Positions 50,692-63,287 of a stretch of 64,000 nucleotides of DNA are shown here, one piece after another. The DNA lies in assembly GCF_024521635.1 (NCBI RefSeq), contig NW_026250405.1, positions 806,001 to 870,000 on the forward strand, in the 5' to 3' direction. A program made the translations under genes and the position numbers. The notes under the pieces are model-generated. The model was not told where the DNA came from. It was given only the letters and a program-made list of their open reading frames with translations, and made no database searches. The stretch is from Tricharina praecox. Its lineage: Eukaryota. Position 1 is the first letter of the stretch. Each line of letters starts with the position of its first letter.

Positions 50692-52963
50692 TTATGCCCT
50701 CCTTGCGCCGGGCAGGCCCTCCCATGTTTCTTTGGTCTGAGGCATCTTGACGCGGCCAAAGCTGTGGTCCAAGTCCTGCGATATTTGTTAACATCAACTA
50801 GTTCGTGCAACGACGGGAGGAAGTATCATACCAGGAGGATCTTCATGGCGTTTCTGCTGCGAAGTACACTCAGGGGACTGTGGTCCTCGATGGGTCGTAT
50901 CGAGGGCTTGGACGCTCCGGTCATGGAATCCTGGTCCACAGCCTTTCCGGGGAATGGCACGGTGGTCTTGAGAAGCTCGTATGCAGCAAGAGTACATCCA
51001 AATTGCGGGGAACTACGCATGATACGCGCGGGACCGCCCTTGAAGAATGCCTTGAATCCTTCTTCCCTCCAAACGGTAGTTGCGCAGTGAACCAAGCCAC
51101 GGTAACTGGTCTGGCCCTTGCGGGCTTCGACCTGCAGTCGAGTTTTGATCACGTCGCAAGGGGTGGTAAGGTAGGCAGCGGGCATTCCTGCAATCGCACC
51201 GGCCGAGAGAAGCTGGAAAAGCCCCAAGCTCTTAGTCGGCGACTCGCCGAACCAATCCTTCTTGAGATGGGCATACGCGGGGAAGTAGATTGCCGAAAAT
51301 GGCACGTCGCGGAGGAGACATGCGCTGGCACCCTTGTAGAGACCGACCAATCCGAGGTTCTGAACAATCCATAGAGCTGATCGACGGGGAACGCCCTCCA
51401 CCGTCTTTGCGACTTCTCCTTGGATCTGGAGACGGATTTTGACGATCTCGAGAGGGCTGTGTGGATGCGTTAGTGCGTGATTTTCAATGTGCGGTTTGGA
51501 AGAAAGCTTACTTGGTGAACACAACCTGACAACCGCCAGCAGCACCACCGGCAATCATCTCCCAACCAAATGTGATGTTTCCGTCCTTGTCGGTTGCCCT
51601 GTTTCTCACCATGTCGTTGACTGTGAGCTTGATCGCTTTTTCGGGAGCAACACCCTATACGACGATATCAGCAAGCTGTCGTTTTCTTCTTTTCGCATTC
51701 GAGTCATGGGAGTCTTACAATCAACTGAGGCCCTAGACCGCTGTAAAGGCCACGGAATCCCTCGTTGCGGACCACCTTCTTGGCGCAATCCAGCGAGTTC
51801 TTGTACATCATCTCTCCGACAACTTTGCTTCTCTGGTTCTGCATGCGAGTCTTGACAAGATCGATCGGATACACCACAGTGGCACCGAACGCACCGGCAA
51901 TGGCGCCCAATCCGAAATTGTAAGCAGACTCAAGAGCCTGTCCGAGGAAGCCCTCGCCATGACTGATGGAAGAGACAGAGGGCATGGCACTAGTAGAAGG
52001 TATGTGAACGGTCATGTGGGGATCCCTCCAGAGTGGATCAAGCACACGGCTAAACTCCTTCCACGAAAGACGGTCCGTGATGCTATCAAGTCCAGCGAAA
52101 TGGAAAAGGATGTCGGCCTCCATGGGAGTGAAGTGAGAGAATCGGGTGATCCTAGCAGCCTCGTTCAGGAAATCACTCTTGGTAATCTTGCCGTCGCTGG
52201 ACTTGGTGGTTGCGCTTCTGACGATGGTGTCGATCATATCCATCTCCCGGATGACATTCTGGAACGCGCGGACGTTGGAGTAACTGATCTTCGAGCCAGT
52301 TCCGATGTTGCTCAGCGTGTGAAGGTTCTCCAAAACGTGGTCGGAGAGCTTGTGGCCCGACGTCTCCAAGATGATGCGCTGGAACTCCTCCGGCTCAACA
52401 AAGCCAGAGCCTTGCTTATCGAACCGGCGAAACGCCTGTCGGACTTTCTCGCCCTGGAGAGCCCGCATCATCTGCGAGAACTGCGGATACGTGAGCTCGT
52501 GTCGGCTGTTCTTGCCGCCCATGTAAAGTGCCGCCCAGTCGCTGTCCCAGTTGAATGGGATGGTATCCTCTCCCTTGTACTTCTTGTACAGCTCCACAAA
52601 GTCATCAAACTTGACAACCCCCTTGCCCTCGACATCAAACAACCGGAACGCAATCTGGTATTCGGCATCGGGCTTCACCAACAGGAACTCAAACGCGGCC
52701 CACTCCTTAAGGGAAAGGTAACCCTCCTTTCGTCGATCGGCGACATCGAAGAGCACCCCGTACTGCTCGCGTTGGATCTTGTGGTAGTTGGCTTTCGACG
52801 GGGCAATTGCACCAATGAAGTCGTCTTTGGTCATCACCCTCTCTCCCGATGGGGCATTGTGTGTAGCATAGCGATCGAACAATCGCTTAGTCTCTTCCGA
52901 CAAGAGAACGGGATGCTCGCTGCCGAGGAGGGACTCCTTGACCGCTTCCGTAACGGTAGCCAT
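50692..52963 (-). CDS. AGC1: Mitochondrial aspartate/glutamate carrier with N-terminal EF-hand region (aralar/citrin-like), 4 exons
   Basis: EF-hand-like loops ([20 protein letters not shown]); carrier signatures [21 protein letters not shown] and [25 protein letters not shown] and RSSPQFG. Last exon DLDHSFGRV...ARRA*. Confidence 0.95.
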
Positions 52964-55701
52964 GACGGGCGTTCGGTAGGTATATTCGGTTTAAGAGAGG
53001 ATGAAAGCTATGCAACTACAGACTGGAGGAGCGGGTATGAGTCAGTACCACTGATGTTGGAAAGTTTGCTCAAGATTCCCAAGGGAAGAAGCGTGACAGG
53101 CGGGAGAGGAGAGGCTGCAGGAATGCAATTTGGGGGAGAAGAAGGAGTCCGGGAAAAGGAAGCAGCAGCGGGAAGAGTCACTCGTCAGGAACCATGATAG
53201 GTATTTGACAAGAGGGGGATGGAGGGGAAGGGAGGGGGGCTATTCTGCGCTAATTGCGAGGGGCGGTCGTTTCTCTTCCGGTCCGCATGGCCTCGGCGGG
53301 GCACTTTCGGGAGAAGGAGACGGCTGCCCCTGTGAATGGACAATTTGCAGTTGACAGTCTTGTCGGACATTTGATCTGCGGTTCGTGCGGGGAATCGTGC
53401 GGTGAAGGCGGCACTTACCAAGGCTAATCTGATCGTGTGTGTTGTTGACGGACAGCGGGACGAGGAACGGGCACGAGGGAACCTTGATGGCAGCAAAGGG
53501 TCCAAGGCAGGGTCTGTTTAGGACTTAGCGTACGTAGGGAGTGCGAATGTGATGTGCGAAAGCGAAGTCAACTGCTAGCGACAGGAGCGTGAAGAGACGA
53601 AGTGGGAGAGAGAGAGGAAGAAGTATAAAGGCGAAAGGCCAGGTGGGACTTCTGGAGTTCAAGATGGAAGTTTTTTTTGGCTGGAAGTTCTATCAAAAAA
53701 AAAAGCGTAAGGGTCCCAGCTAGGCGCGCCACCGTAGAGCACAACACACACCAGAAAAAAAAAAGTTCTGTCGGGAACTCCTGCATCCACCTGCAGGACA
53801 ACCACAAGATCACCAAAAGCAGGCACCAAGTATAGGCGGTCCTGCCGTAGGAGCAACTCCATACTCGTGTATGGGCCCTCCATAGGACAGGAAGAGAGAT
53901 GGCGATATGTGCCGTCCGTTTGTACGGTGCGCTCGAAGCCAATAACCTCCACACCTCTACACTTCTTGAGCCTTCCCCGAGATGCCCGATGAATCTCCGC
54001 AAGATCAAGTCGGGAAATACACTCCAAGGTCGTACACAAGTCCGTCATCGCAGAAGGTCGCTGTTCGTCACACGGGATCTGTCGAGATCTCGTTCCAAAT
54101 AGCCTATGTATCTTAAGGCATGACCATCCCAGCACGATAGATAGCATGCACATTCCAGCAACCAGGAGACGGGCTCAGGTAGCTGTTTCTATTCGAGAAG
54201 CATAGAATGCGCAGCACGCACATGCCGGACTTCTATGTGCTCCAAACGAACGAAAAATAGGGCTAGTCACGGCGAAGTGTCAACATCTCCCCGCATTTCT
54301 CGAGACCGATAGGTCCATGCTCAGCTATTTAGTAGGCACACGGGGACTAAGGCACCTATAGTTTCTACTTACTTGATAAATACTAGAGCACATAGATAAC
54401 CTGTTAACACTAGTTATGATGCAGTTAATCCGCCAAAAAGCAAAGACTCCTTCGGCAGTCGAATGTTCCGTACTTGTATGGGTATGTGTGTAAGTACTTA
54501 TGTGGATGACGACTCGGTGGGTCTGCGGTAGGTACCAGGCATGTACCTATCCTATGGCCCCCAAGGGCGGGCATCAAAGTCCACTCGCCGGAGGAGTACT
54601 TTCGACCTTCGCCACGACGAAGCTTTCCTCCAATCCAGATTTCAGGGCCGTGTGACGATCGAACTTTTCTCAGCAGAGATGTGGATGTGTCGCCCGGCCC
54701 TGGCTCACCCCGCCGCAACTGCAGTCTGCAGCTGACGCCATCGATAATAATTGTTTCCTTTTGCTTTTAGGCTCAATCCTCCATTGCGGCGCGACTCCCG
54801 CCGAACCAGAGATGCGCATGGCATGCAGAGGGATTCCGAGAGTCCACAGCGGCAAAGTTCAAGGTGTTTACTTCCGCTGCTGGTCGTGGACATTGTGTGG
54901 GGGAAGACGCAGTCGGGGAACAACATTCGGATTGCTCATCGATGTGACACGCAGAACCGATCAAGTAAGGTCCCGGTGGAGTACCGGTAGTTCTCCTATC
55001 TAGCGGAATGGTCGGCGATTCAAGTCCGCTCGGAGGTACTTGCCGCCTGTCTGACATCACAAGGCAAAGTCAGACGGAGAGACTTCTGCCTGCCATTCCT
55101 CCTCCCTAGCACGCACTCTCGCTCACTCGTCGCGATATGAGGCAACCGATTTAAGCGCAGAGACAACCCTTTCTGTTTGTACATATCTCTGCCTTCTGGT
55201 CTTGCTTTCGTCGCGAGCAGCTGCTCCAGTCAGACCTGTCACTAGGTATGGTGACATCCATCAACTAGAGTACCTAGTCAACCCATGCTCAGATCAAGTG
55301 TCACATTTTATGGAACACCCACGTGCAACTGCCGTAGGTATGCGATCAGCAAATAGTTCGAGGCACCAAAAAGACCGGTCCTACGCAGTCTTTTAGATGA
55401 CACTCGCAGTTGTCTTGTGAATGTGAGAACGGAGAGGGCTCTTAGCAGACTTCGACGAAGCTATTCACGCCGGGCCTCCGAGTTTCAAGCTCGGATAGCT
55501 ATCTTCCCTAGATTCATTCACTACATACAAGAGTTCAATTCCTGAGTCGCAATTGAAAAATCATGGAATCCGGTACCTAACAATGTGTTAACATTTTTTA
55601 AAGCGGGCTGGCGGGCGGGCGAGCTGGCGGGCGGGTGCGTTGTTTGTTGGTGGGAGGCGGCCATCGGGTTCGGGGTCATTGAGAGCCCGAACTAGAGTTG
55701 C

Positions 55702-55879
55702 GACGTCATCTAATCACATCACGTGACACATCGGATGTGGCGCGACAGGACAATCTGTCTTCAAGCTTGACGCCCCAACCGACATCATTTGTCGGCATCC
55801 CCAAAGCCACCACTATCCGCAACCCTTTTCGAGATCGGTCCTCCACGTGTGTGCGCAGCTTCTGTTTTCCTTGACGTCA
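55702..55879 (+). promoter_or_regulatory. Cluster of ACGT-core (bZIP/bHLH-type) elements upstream of HRD1
   Basis: GACGTCA at 55702, TCACGTGA at 55719, CCACGTG at 55843 and TGACGTCA at 55872. Function is inferred only. Confidence 0.35.
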
Positions 55880-55912
55880 GGATACGGCAAGAAGGATATC
55901 GTTCTCTTCACC

Positions 55913-58900
55913 ATGCGTCTCGCCGTGTACGGCGCCGTACGTTTGCTCCTACTCTCCTCCCATACGTGCATACACCTGAGCTTGAGCTTCTCCGAGCTTC
56001 TTGGCCTCAGGATTATCTTTTGGGCCACCCCGCCATAACTTGGCTTTGGCTGACACCCAGATCCTCTGCAGGCTAGCTCCGTGGTCGCGATAGGAGTGGT
56101 ACTGTCGGCTTTCAATCAGCGCGCCAATTTCTATTCGGCATGCGTCTACCTCGCTCAGTCCAATGCGTGCTTGATGGTATGCCGGTCTACCCCTCCTCCT
56201 CTTCCCGTCGGGCGCGGCACCAGCTAACTCGAGTCAGGTCCTGACCAATATATTGATCCTCCTCTCCATCATCTTTGGCCATGGCCTCCAACTACTATTC
56301 TACGGTCCGTTGCGTACGGTGGAGGTGGAGCAGATCTACGAGAAGGCGTGGTACGCAGTGACGGAGACATGTCTTGCCATGACCATCTTCCGCGATGAGT
56401 TCGATGTTCGGTTCATCGTGATGTTTGGAGTCCTGCTGTTTGTCAAGTGCTTCAGCTGGATTGGCAGTGGAAGGGTTGAATTCGTGGGTTTTCCGCTTGT
56501 TCCGCGTGCACCCCCGAAATGCTAATGAACGGACTCGCAGATGGAACAACAACCACCGGATCGTCCGATATTATTCCATGCACGTCTCGCGAGCAGCTTG
56601 TTACTACTGTGTGTTGCCTGTGGTGGAATGGTTTGGCATGCCATCACCGCCGTGTTGGAGAAGGGGAAGCCAAACATGATGGTAGTACGGCCCAATCAGT
56701 GCGTTGCATCTCTAGGGACCTGGCTAATCTCCACCCAAGGTGATGTTCGCATTCGAATTTGCCATCCTCCTAATCACCTCCACCGGAATCCTCTCGCGAT
56801 ATATCATCAGCCTGGTGGAGAAGTACATCCTGTACAAGGAGGCAACACGAAGAAAGGAGGCGAGAGCTATCGAACGTGCGGCAACGAGGCAGCGACGGCA
56901 AACTGAACGAGAGGAGAACGAGCGGAGACGTGCGGCCGGAGAAGAGGTCGAGGCGATTGAAGGCGATGATGAGGAAGAAGAGGAAGATGAAGACGAGGAA
57001 CTGGATGTTGGTGGGTGGGAGGAGAAGGGAACTTGGGTCTTCTACGCCGAACTCTGCACGGGTATGCCATATTCCTTTGCGGTGCATCCATCACGAGTGC
57101 TTCCCGGTGATGCACCTCCGGAGACCTTGACTAACCAAAGTGATAGATTTCCTCAAACTCCTCACTTACCTCTCCTTTTTCTCTATTGTCCTTACATGGT
57201 ACGGTCTGCCGCTGCACATCATCCGAGATGTGTACCTTACCCTGCGTTCGTTCATCACCCGTATCCGCGACTTCATTAGGTACAGGCGCGCTACGGCACA
57301 CATGGACTCACGGTATCCGGACGCTACTAGCGACGAGCTTGGCGGCGAAGGCGTATGTATTATCTGCCGCGAAGAGATGCGCCCCTGGTCAGATGAAGGA
57401 GTGCCCGGGAACGGCGGTAGAGGGACAGGAACGCAGGATCAACGACACCGGCCGAAAAAGCTCCCTTGCGGTCACATCCTGCATTTCGCATGTCTTCGGA
57501 GTTGGCTGGAGCGTCAGCAGCGGTGCCCTACCTGCCGTCGGCCCGTGTTGGATGAGAATGTAAATGCCAACGCCAACGCCCGTAATAACCCCGCAGCTGC
57601 AATGGCACAAGGAAACGGACTCCAATTTCAAGCACAGTGGGGATTCGGCGGTTTACAGATCGGGATGGGTGCGGGCATGTTGGGCGATCTGATGAGAGCC
57701 CAGCAGAACCAAGCAAATCAGCCCCAGCAACCCCAGCAGCAACCACCACAGGCTCCACAACCAGGTGCTCAATTCCCACAGCGTGATCAGCAACAGCCGC
57801 AAACTCCGGTTCCGACTGGCGATCAGACGCAAGCCGGCGATGCTCAAACGATTCGTGCCCTCCAGGAGCAGATTCATTTGAATCAGCAGATGATAGAACG
57901 TGAGCGTGCTAGGGTCCTACAACGTCAGCATACTAGGGTGCAAGAACGTGAGCGTCCGACGAATACTCAACCTACTCCTGCATCGGCGGATCCAGCTGCA
58001 CCGGTTGGGCCAGAGACGGGAACTACTCCCGCCGCCAACATTCCTGCCAATCCTACCACTGCGAACCCAAATACTGGCAATGGGCCAAACTTTGCGGTGC
58101 CACCTGCCAATTTCCTACCAACACCAAATCCAAACACGCCTTATAATCCCCCCTTCAACCCCTTCCTTCCGCGAGTTGGCCTACCACATGGAATGGTCCT
58201 TCCACCGGGCTGGTCTGTGGTTCCGCTCACCGTTATCGGAATGGGCGGGTCCGACCCAATACCTGCCGCACAACAGCAACGGCCGCCCACAGACCCCTCG
58301 GGTGTCCTTGCGGCGCGCCGCGGAGCAAGGACTTACCAGGAGAGCATGAGGAGCTACCACGCGCTTCACACCCCCACCAGTGAAGCCTCATACGAAGACG
58401 TTGAGCTAGGCGGTAGCAGCAATCGACCCACGATGCATTCCAGAACGGCTAGCGCCCCCGCTGTATCCACCACAACCACCACAATCACCACCAACACAAT
58501 ACCCGCCGCCAGCGCCCCGCCCTCATCCCCGCCCACCAACAACGCGGTTCCCGAAGCACTCGTGCAGCAGCTGGACGCAATTAATGACGCGGTTCGGCGC
58601 ATGCGCGAGGCGGCTCAGAGCCTCGAAGACACTGCTAGGCAGTCTGTCTTCTCGGTCCCTACGCCTGCTTCGTTCGCAGAGACGGGCGAGAGACTCAATC
58701 TCTTCGGCGAGGGCAGCATGTTCCCGCTACCGGCTCAGGAGGGCGCTCTAAGGAGTTTGCAGAGCGAGGTTTTGCGGCGTGAGCAGGAGTGGGGTGGCGA
58801 GGCGAGAGGTGTGGTCGAGGGGCTGTTGACGGGCGAGGCCAGGAGGGAGGCCGAGGAGGATGGAGAACTGGTCGAGGTTCCGAGACCCACAGAGACGGAG

Positions 58901-58990
58901 AATGAGGAGCCAGCGCCTGAGGCGACGTCGAGGCAGGATAAGGGCAAGGGTGTAGACCGGGGCGAACAGGGCGAGAGGAGTGAGGAGTGA
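55913..58990 (+). CDS. HRD1: ERAD E3 ubiquitin ligase Hrd1/synoviolin, multi-exon
   Basis: MRLAVY start; [58 protein letters not shown] and [17 protein letters not shown]2 [37 protein letters not shown]. Confidence 0.95.
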
Positions 58991-59501
58991 TTTTGCTTGC
59001 GATGTCTGCTTTTTTCTCTCGCCTTGCAGCTTTGATCGATCGAGCTTGTGTTTTTTTTTTCTTTGGCATGGTATGGGTGTTGGAAATATTCGTTTTTCCC
59101 CATTTTTCTGTTTTTCCGTTCTTCAAGTTTTTTTTACTTTTGATATGATACTTACTTGCCGCGAAGATCCCCCGGAGGATAGCTGGAGGAGAGGGAAAAG
59201 ATATCGGGCGGGCTTGCGCGCCCTGACAATGGCTCGGTGGCTGTGTGTATATTACGTACGGTATAGATGGTTATGTTTTACTACCACTGGGGAGATGTGG
59301 AGATGTGCGAACATATCTCGAGAGCCTGAACACTAGGGGTCACTCGGGTAATGTAGAGCTCGACATCCAGTCTGGGATTCTACTCCTGAGGCTGAGGAAG
59401 GTGTCGGAGTGGGAGTTGGGGGAACGGGAAGAGTCAGGCGGAGAGAAGGCGAGGCGTTGGAGGAGGTGTCAAGGAGAGCGCTGAGGTTGAGGAGCTGGGG
59501 T

Positions 59502-59835
59502 CAGTGCAAGCAACAGCCCAGCCCAATCAAAGCCAGCCCGCAGCCCGGCGCGTGTAGCCCAGCCCGGGCTGGGCTGGTCAGGGCAGCCCGGCTTTGAGCA
59601 GCCCACCAGCCCGAGCGCGAGTGAATTTTTATGGCGTCTCACTGCTACTCTTCGTTGACCAACGTTTTTCCAATCTGTTGTCGTAGAGCTACCCTACCAA
59701 CTCTAGGATCAAGCCCGCCCAGCCCAACTGATAGCCCGGGCTGGGCTGCCAGCCCATCAGCGCCAGCCCGGGCCATCAGATCAGCCCACCAGCCCCAGCC
59801 CAGCCCATGGGATTTTCGGGCTGTTGCCTGCACTG
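59502..59835. mobile_element. Non-autonomous hAT-type MITE (family B, 334 bp) with 18-bp TIR and 8-bp TSD GCTGGGGT
   Basis: Left CAGTGCAAGCAACAGCCC and right GGGCTGTTGCCTGCACTG match at 17/18 as an inverted repeat. GCTGGGGT is present at 59494-59501 and 59836-59843. AGCCC/GGGCT subterminal repeats flank an AT-richer core. Confidence 0.93.
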
Positions 59836-60914
59836 GCTGGGGTCACTCCCATTGTTCTTCTCCTCACACATTCCTTCCTTCTTTCCTTCTATCATAGCAA
59901 CTCCTGAGTATGGGGCATGGAGTCACTCGTCTCACTCGGTCCCGGAACTCCGGTCGGTACCTTTGTACCCTCGTACCTACCCAGCTACCCAGCTACCGAT
60001 ACTCGTTCTCTCAGCAGGTACATAGCGACTCCGGTCTGTATATGATACTCCGGCACTGACCATCGGCATCGCTGGGCTACCTACTCTACTGGCTCCTGGG
60101 CACCAGACTTAAGCTTAATCAAGCATCTGGGAGCAGGCGACCGGATAATTGCCATCTACCCATCCATCCATCCATCCATCCATCCATCCATCCATCCAGG
60201 GCGAATCCGCTGTTCGTACCCAAGTATGCATATCTAATCTTACTTTCTTTTTGGCGAAAGGCCTCGGTATAGCTAGTGCAGTGCAGCGGAGCGCCGGTGT
60301 AGGGCTGACCTGCAGTCGGCCGGCCCCCCCGCACTCTTTCGGTCTCTTCTCTCTCTCTCGCGTCGCCAATTTCCGGTGGCCTTCAGGCTGGAACTGTGTC
60401 GTGTAGCCTTGATGCAGGAACTAGGGGCCGGGACGGTGAACTGTCTACCACATGGCTTGCACAAGGAAGACGACGGTGAAGATTGCGAGCCGAGAGGTAG
60501 CAGTTGACTTCCCCTGATGCCTTCGCTACCTTCGCTCCCTATGTGTACTCTGGGTGTACTCTGGGCGTCCCTCGCTACGGTCCTCGGGGTCGGATCGGGG
60601 TCGGGGTCGGGATGCTGCGCAAGTTAGGCAGGCCCGAATCTGGAGATTCTACTTCCGGACAATACTGGGAACGAAATCTGGGGACGAGCTCTGGGGACGA
60701 CTTTTGGGGGCGGAGGAGGAGTAGAAGGAGGAGGAGTAGAAGGAGGAGGAGCGGGAGGAGGATGAGGAGGAGGACCGAAAGGGGGTTATAATATAAACCT
60801 CCCCTCGCACCGCCGCCGATGCAGCATCATCAGCATCACCGAGCAGTTTCCTCACACTCACACTCATTACCTACCGCAGCACTCTCGCCCGCCCACCCAC
60901 AGTAACCGCCAACC

Positions 60915-61457
60915 ATGTACTTCACCACCCTCCTCCCACTGTCCCTGCTGCTTAGCAGCGTCCTAGCCATCGTACGCCCCCCTCGTCCCCCCTCCCCCTC
61001 CCCATCCCACCACCAGACCACACAACTAACCCTTTACCAGCCTTCCCCCCTCACCCGCCGCACATCCTACCCGCGCCTCGCCGCGCCCGCGGCCAAGTCG
61101 GTATCCGAGCTTCTCCTGGGAATCGGCAACAACGAGTCGCGGAAGTGCGAGCGTTTGCTCGAGGAGCTAGCTGCACAGGTCGGCGTGTGCAGCACGGTGG
61201 CGCAGATCGTCTACAGCGCTTCTGTGGGGCATGTTTACTGCGCTGCCACCGCTGAAACAACAGATCTGCCCGCCGCGAAGCAGACGTGTGAGTTCTTTTT
61301 GGGAGTGGGCACGCCGGCTGTGGGTGTGTGTACGGCTTTGGTGGGGGAGATGGTGCAGAAACTGGGGAGTGGGTGTGCGACTGGACAGGTTGTTCTGCAG
61401 GCGGCGGGGGATCATGTCGTTTGTGAGCTCGCGGATGAGGAGGAGATTTGTGTGTAG
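60915..61457 (+). CDS. Small secreted cysteine-rich protein (about 157 aa after removing intron 60972-61040) with an internal two-fold repeat
   Basis: TATAAA at 60792, ACCATG start, signal peptide MYFTTLLPLSLLLSSVLA, GTACGC..CTAAC..CAG intron, dibasic RR after a short pro-piece, 8 Cys. Confidence 0.8.
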   Translation: MYFTTLLPLSLLLSSVLAIVRPPRPPSPSPSHHQTTQLTLYQPSPLTRRTSYPRLAAPAAKSVSELLLGIGNNESRKCERLLEELAAQVGVCSTVAQIVYSASVGHVYCAATAETTDLPAAKQTCEFFLGVGTPAVGVCTALVGEMVQKLGSGCATGQVVLQAAGDHVVCELADEEEICV

Positions 61458-63287
61458 AGACTGCGGGTTGCGCCGTGTATGTATGGGGTATGAGGTGTTC
61501 GTGTTTAATCGGCTTAATCGGCTTAATCGGCTTAATCTAAGTAATTCGTGTATGGGAACCTTTAGGGAGCCTGTATATAGCGCGGTGGAAGATGATTTTA
61601 TTGAATGATTCACATACCATCACTCGGGAGTATCATCTCCAACAATGTAGGTAGATCTGGGTGAACAGCTGTGGCAGGAATGTCTGGGAACGAATGTGTT
61701 TGAAGTTTCTGGTGAATAACCCACTAGCCGTTCGGAGAACCGGTAGTGGTGGGTGCTTGGAATATTCGGTGCGGTAGCGGGTCTAAATTTGGTCTTCTTT
61801 CTCTCTCTCTTATTACTAGAGTACCTGTGGTTCCTGGACCCGAACCCCCAGCTCGATCGCTCCAACTCGATCGCTCCAGTGAAATCACCTCCACGAGTCC
61901 TTCCAACTGGATCGTTGTTCCTGAGTGTCGAATCATAAAGCCCCAGCCTTTAACCATCACCACATATCTAGCAAGTCACAGCAGTAGAACCGGGATATAA
62001 CTTCCAGCGGAAGACTTCCCAGTTGCCAGCCAAAGTTCTATTTCCAAGATTCCAAGATTCCAAGCCGCATACTCCCCGCAGGCCATAGGCCCCGTACGGT
62101 GCACGGAGTTCGCAAATCCACGATGCCCACGGTACTCCGGCAGCGAACTAGGTACACAACTTCTGCGCAGTGCACAGGGGATCGCACTCAAGGGACGCCA
62201 GACCCGCGCCCCCGTGCCCCCCGACTCACGTCGGTAAGTTACCCGCGGGACGCGGGCAGCGGCGTAGTCTTCGTGACCCTAGCCGCCAGCGAATACTTGT
62301 TGGTGCGTTGAATGGCCGCGATCATCTAGGTACTCTGCGAACAAAGCCAGCAGGAATATACATCGCACTGCTGCGTTGTCTACGTCGCCAACTGATCCGC
62401 CCACGTGCCGTGCGTGCGTGCCAGCCGTGCGTGCCAGCCGTGCGGAATGTAAGACGGCCACGCAGCGCTTAGCATTCTCTCCCCGGCGCCCGCGCGGAAT
62501 GCGGTCTGCCAATAGATAACTACCTCTGCCCGGCGGCCCGTGTAGCTGGTCACCCGTTCGGTCCGTTCATTCCAGTCATCCATCCAGCCCGCACACTGTT
62601 CGTTATTCAAACTTCAGCCCGTCTCCGCTCTCAACATGGTACTCCGGTGATCGTAGTCAAAGTCTTATCATAATCATTCCGACTCACGATCACATCCCTC
62701 AGCCTCAGGCCCTCCAAATGCTAGTAAAATCCAGAAAGAATGTGTGGAATCAATGCCTCATGTACTCTAACGAACGACAGCGCAGTGCACTGAACCCAGA
62801 CCAGACGCAATACTCAAAGGATGAATGAGAGTGATAAGAGCAAGTGGTAGGTATGCAAGGTAGGTAGATATCAAACAACGATCCTCAGCGGAACGAACAG
62901 TAGAACGAACGACAGAATGAAGGCAGAATGAACGGCGTATGCATAAGCAGGTAGTAATAATCCAAGTAATGCAAATCAATGCAAATCGTACATACTTCAT
63001 ATACAAATCCTACTCAAAGTATCATACCAGTAAATGCCCCCCCAACATGCAAAACCCACCCGATTTCACAAACAATGCCCACAAACGAAGCAAAAAGCGG
63101 AGCAACAGATGAAGCGGTACCAAATAGGCAGGCAAGAAGCGCACACAATTACAAAGATTCCAAAAAACAATGCCCGTCACGAAACCCCGATACCGATATC
63201 CCACTCCCACACTCCCACACATACCCATCGTAGCCCATCCCATCTATCAAATCACATAGGAAAAAATACCTACCTACCTACCCCACA

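Noticed and set aside
51959..53197. 412-aa plus-strand ORF and similar antisense ORFs (7585..8433, 25142..26083, 30272..30955)
   Set aside because: These are shadow ORFs opposite well-supported GC3-rich genes.
54567..54605. Peptide AGIKVHSPEEYF, reminiscent of a polynucleotide kinase/phosphatase motif
   Set aside because: It is a short isolated match without surrounding domain motifs and is probably chance.
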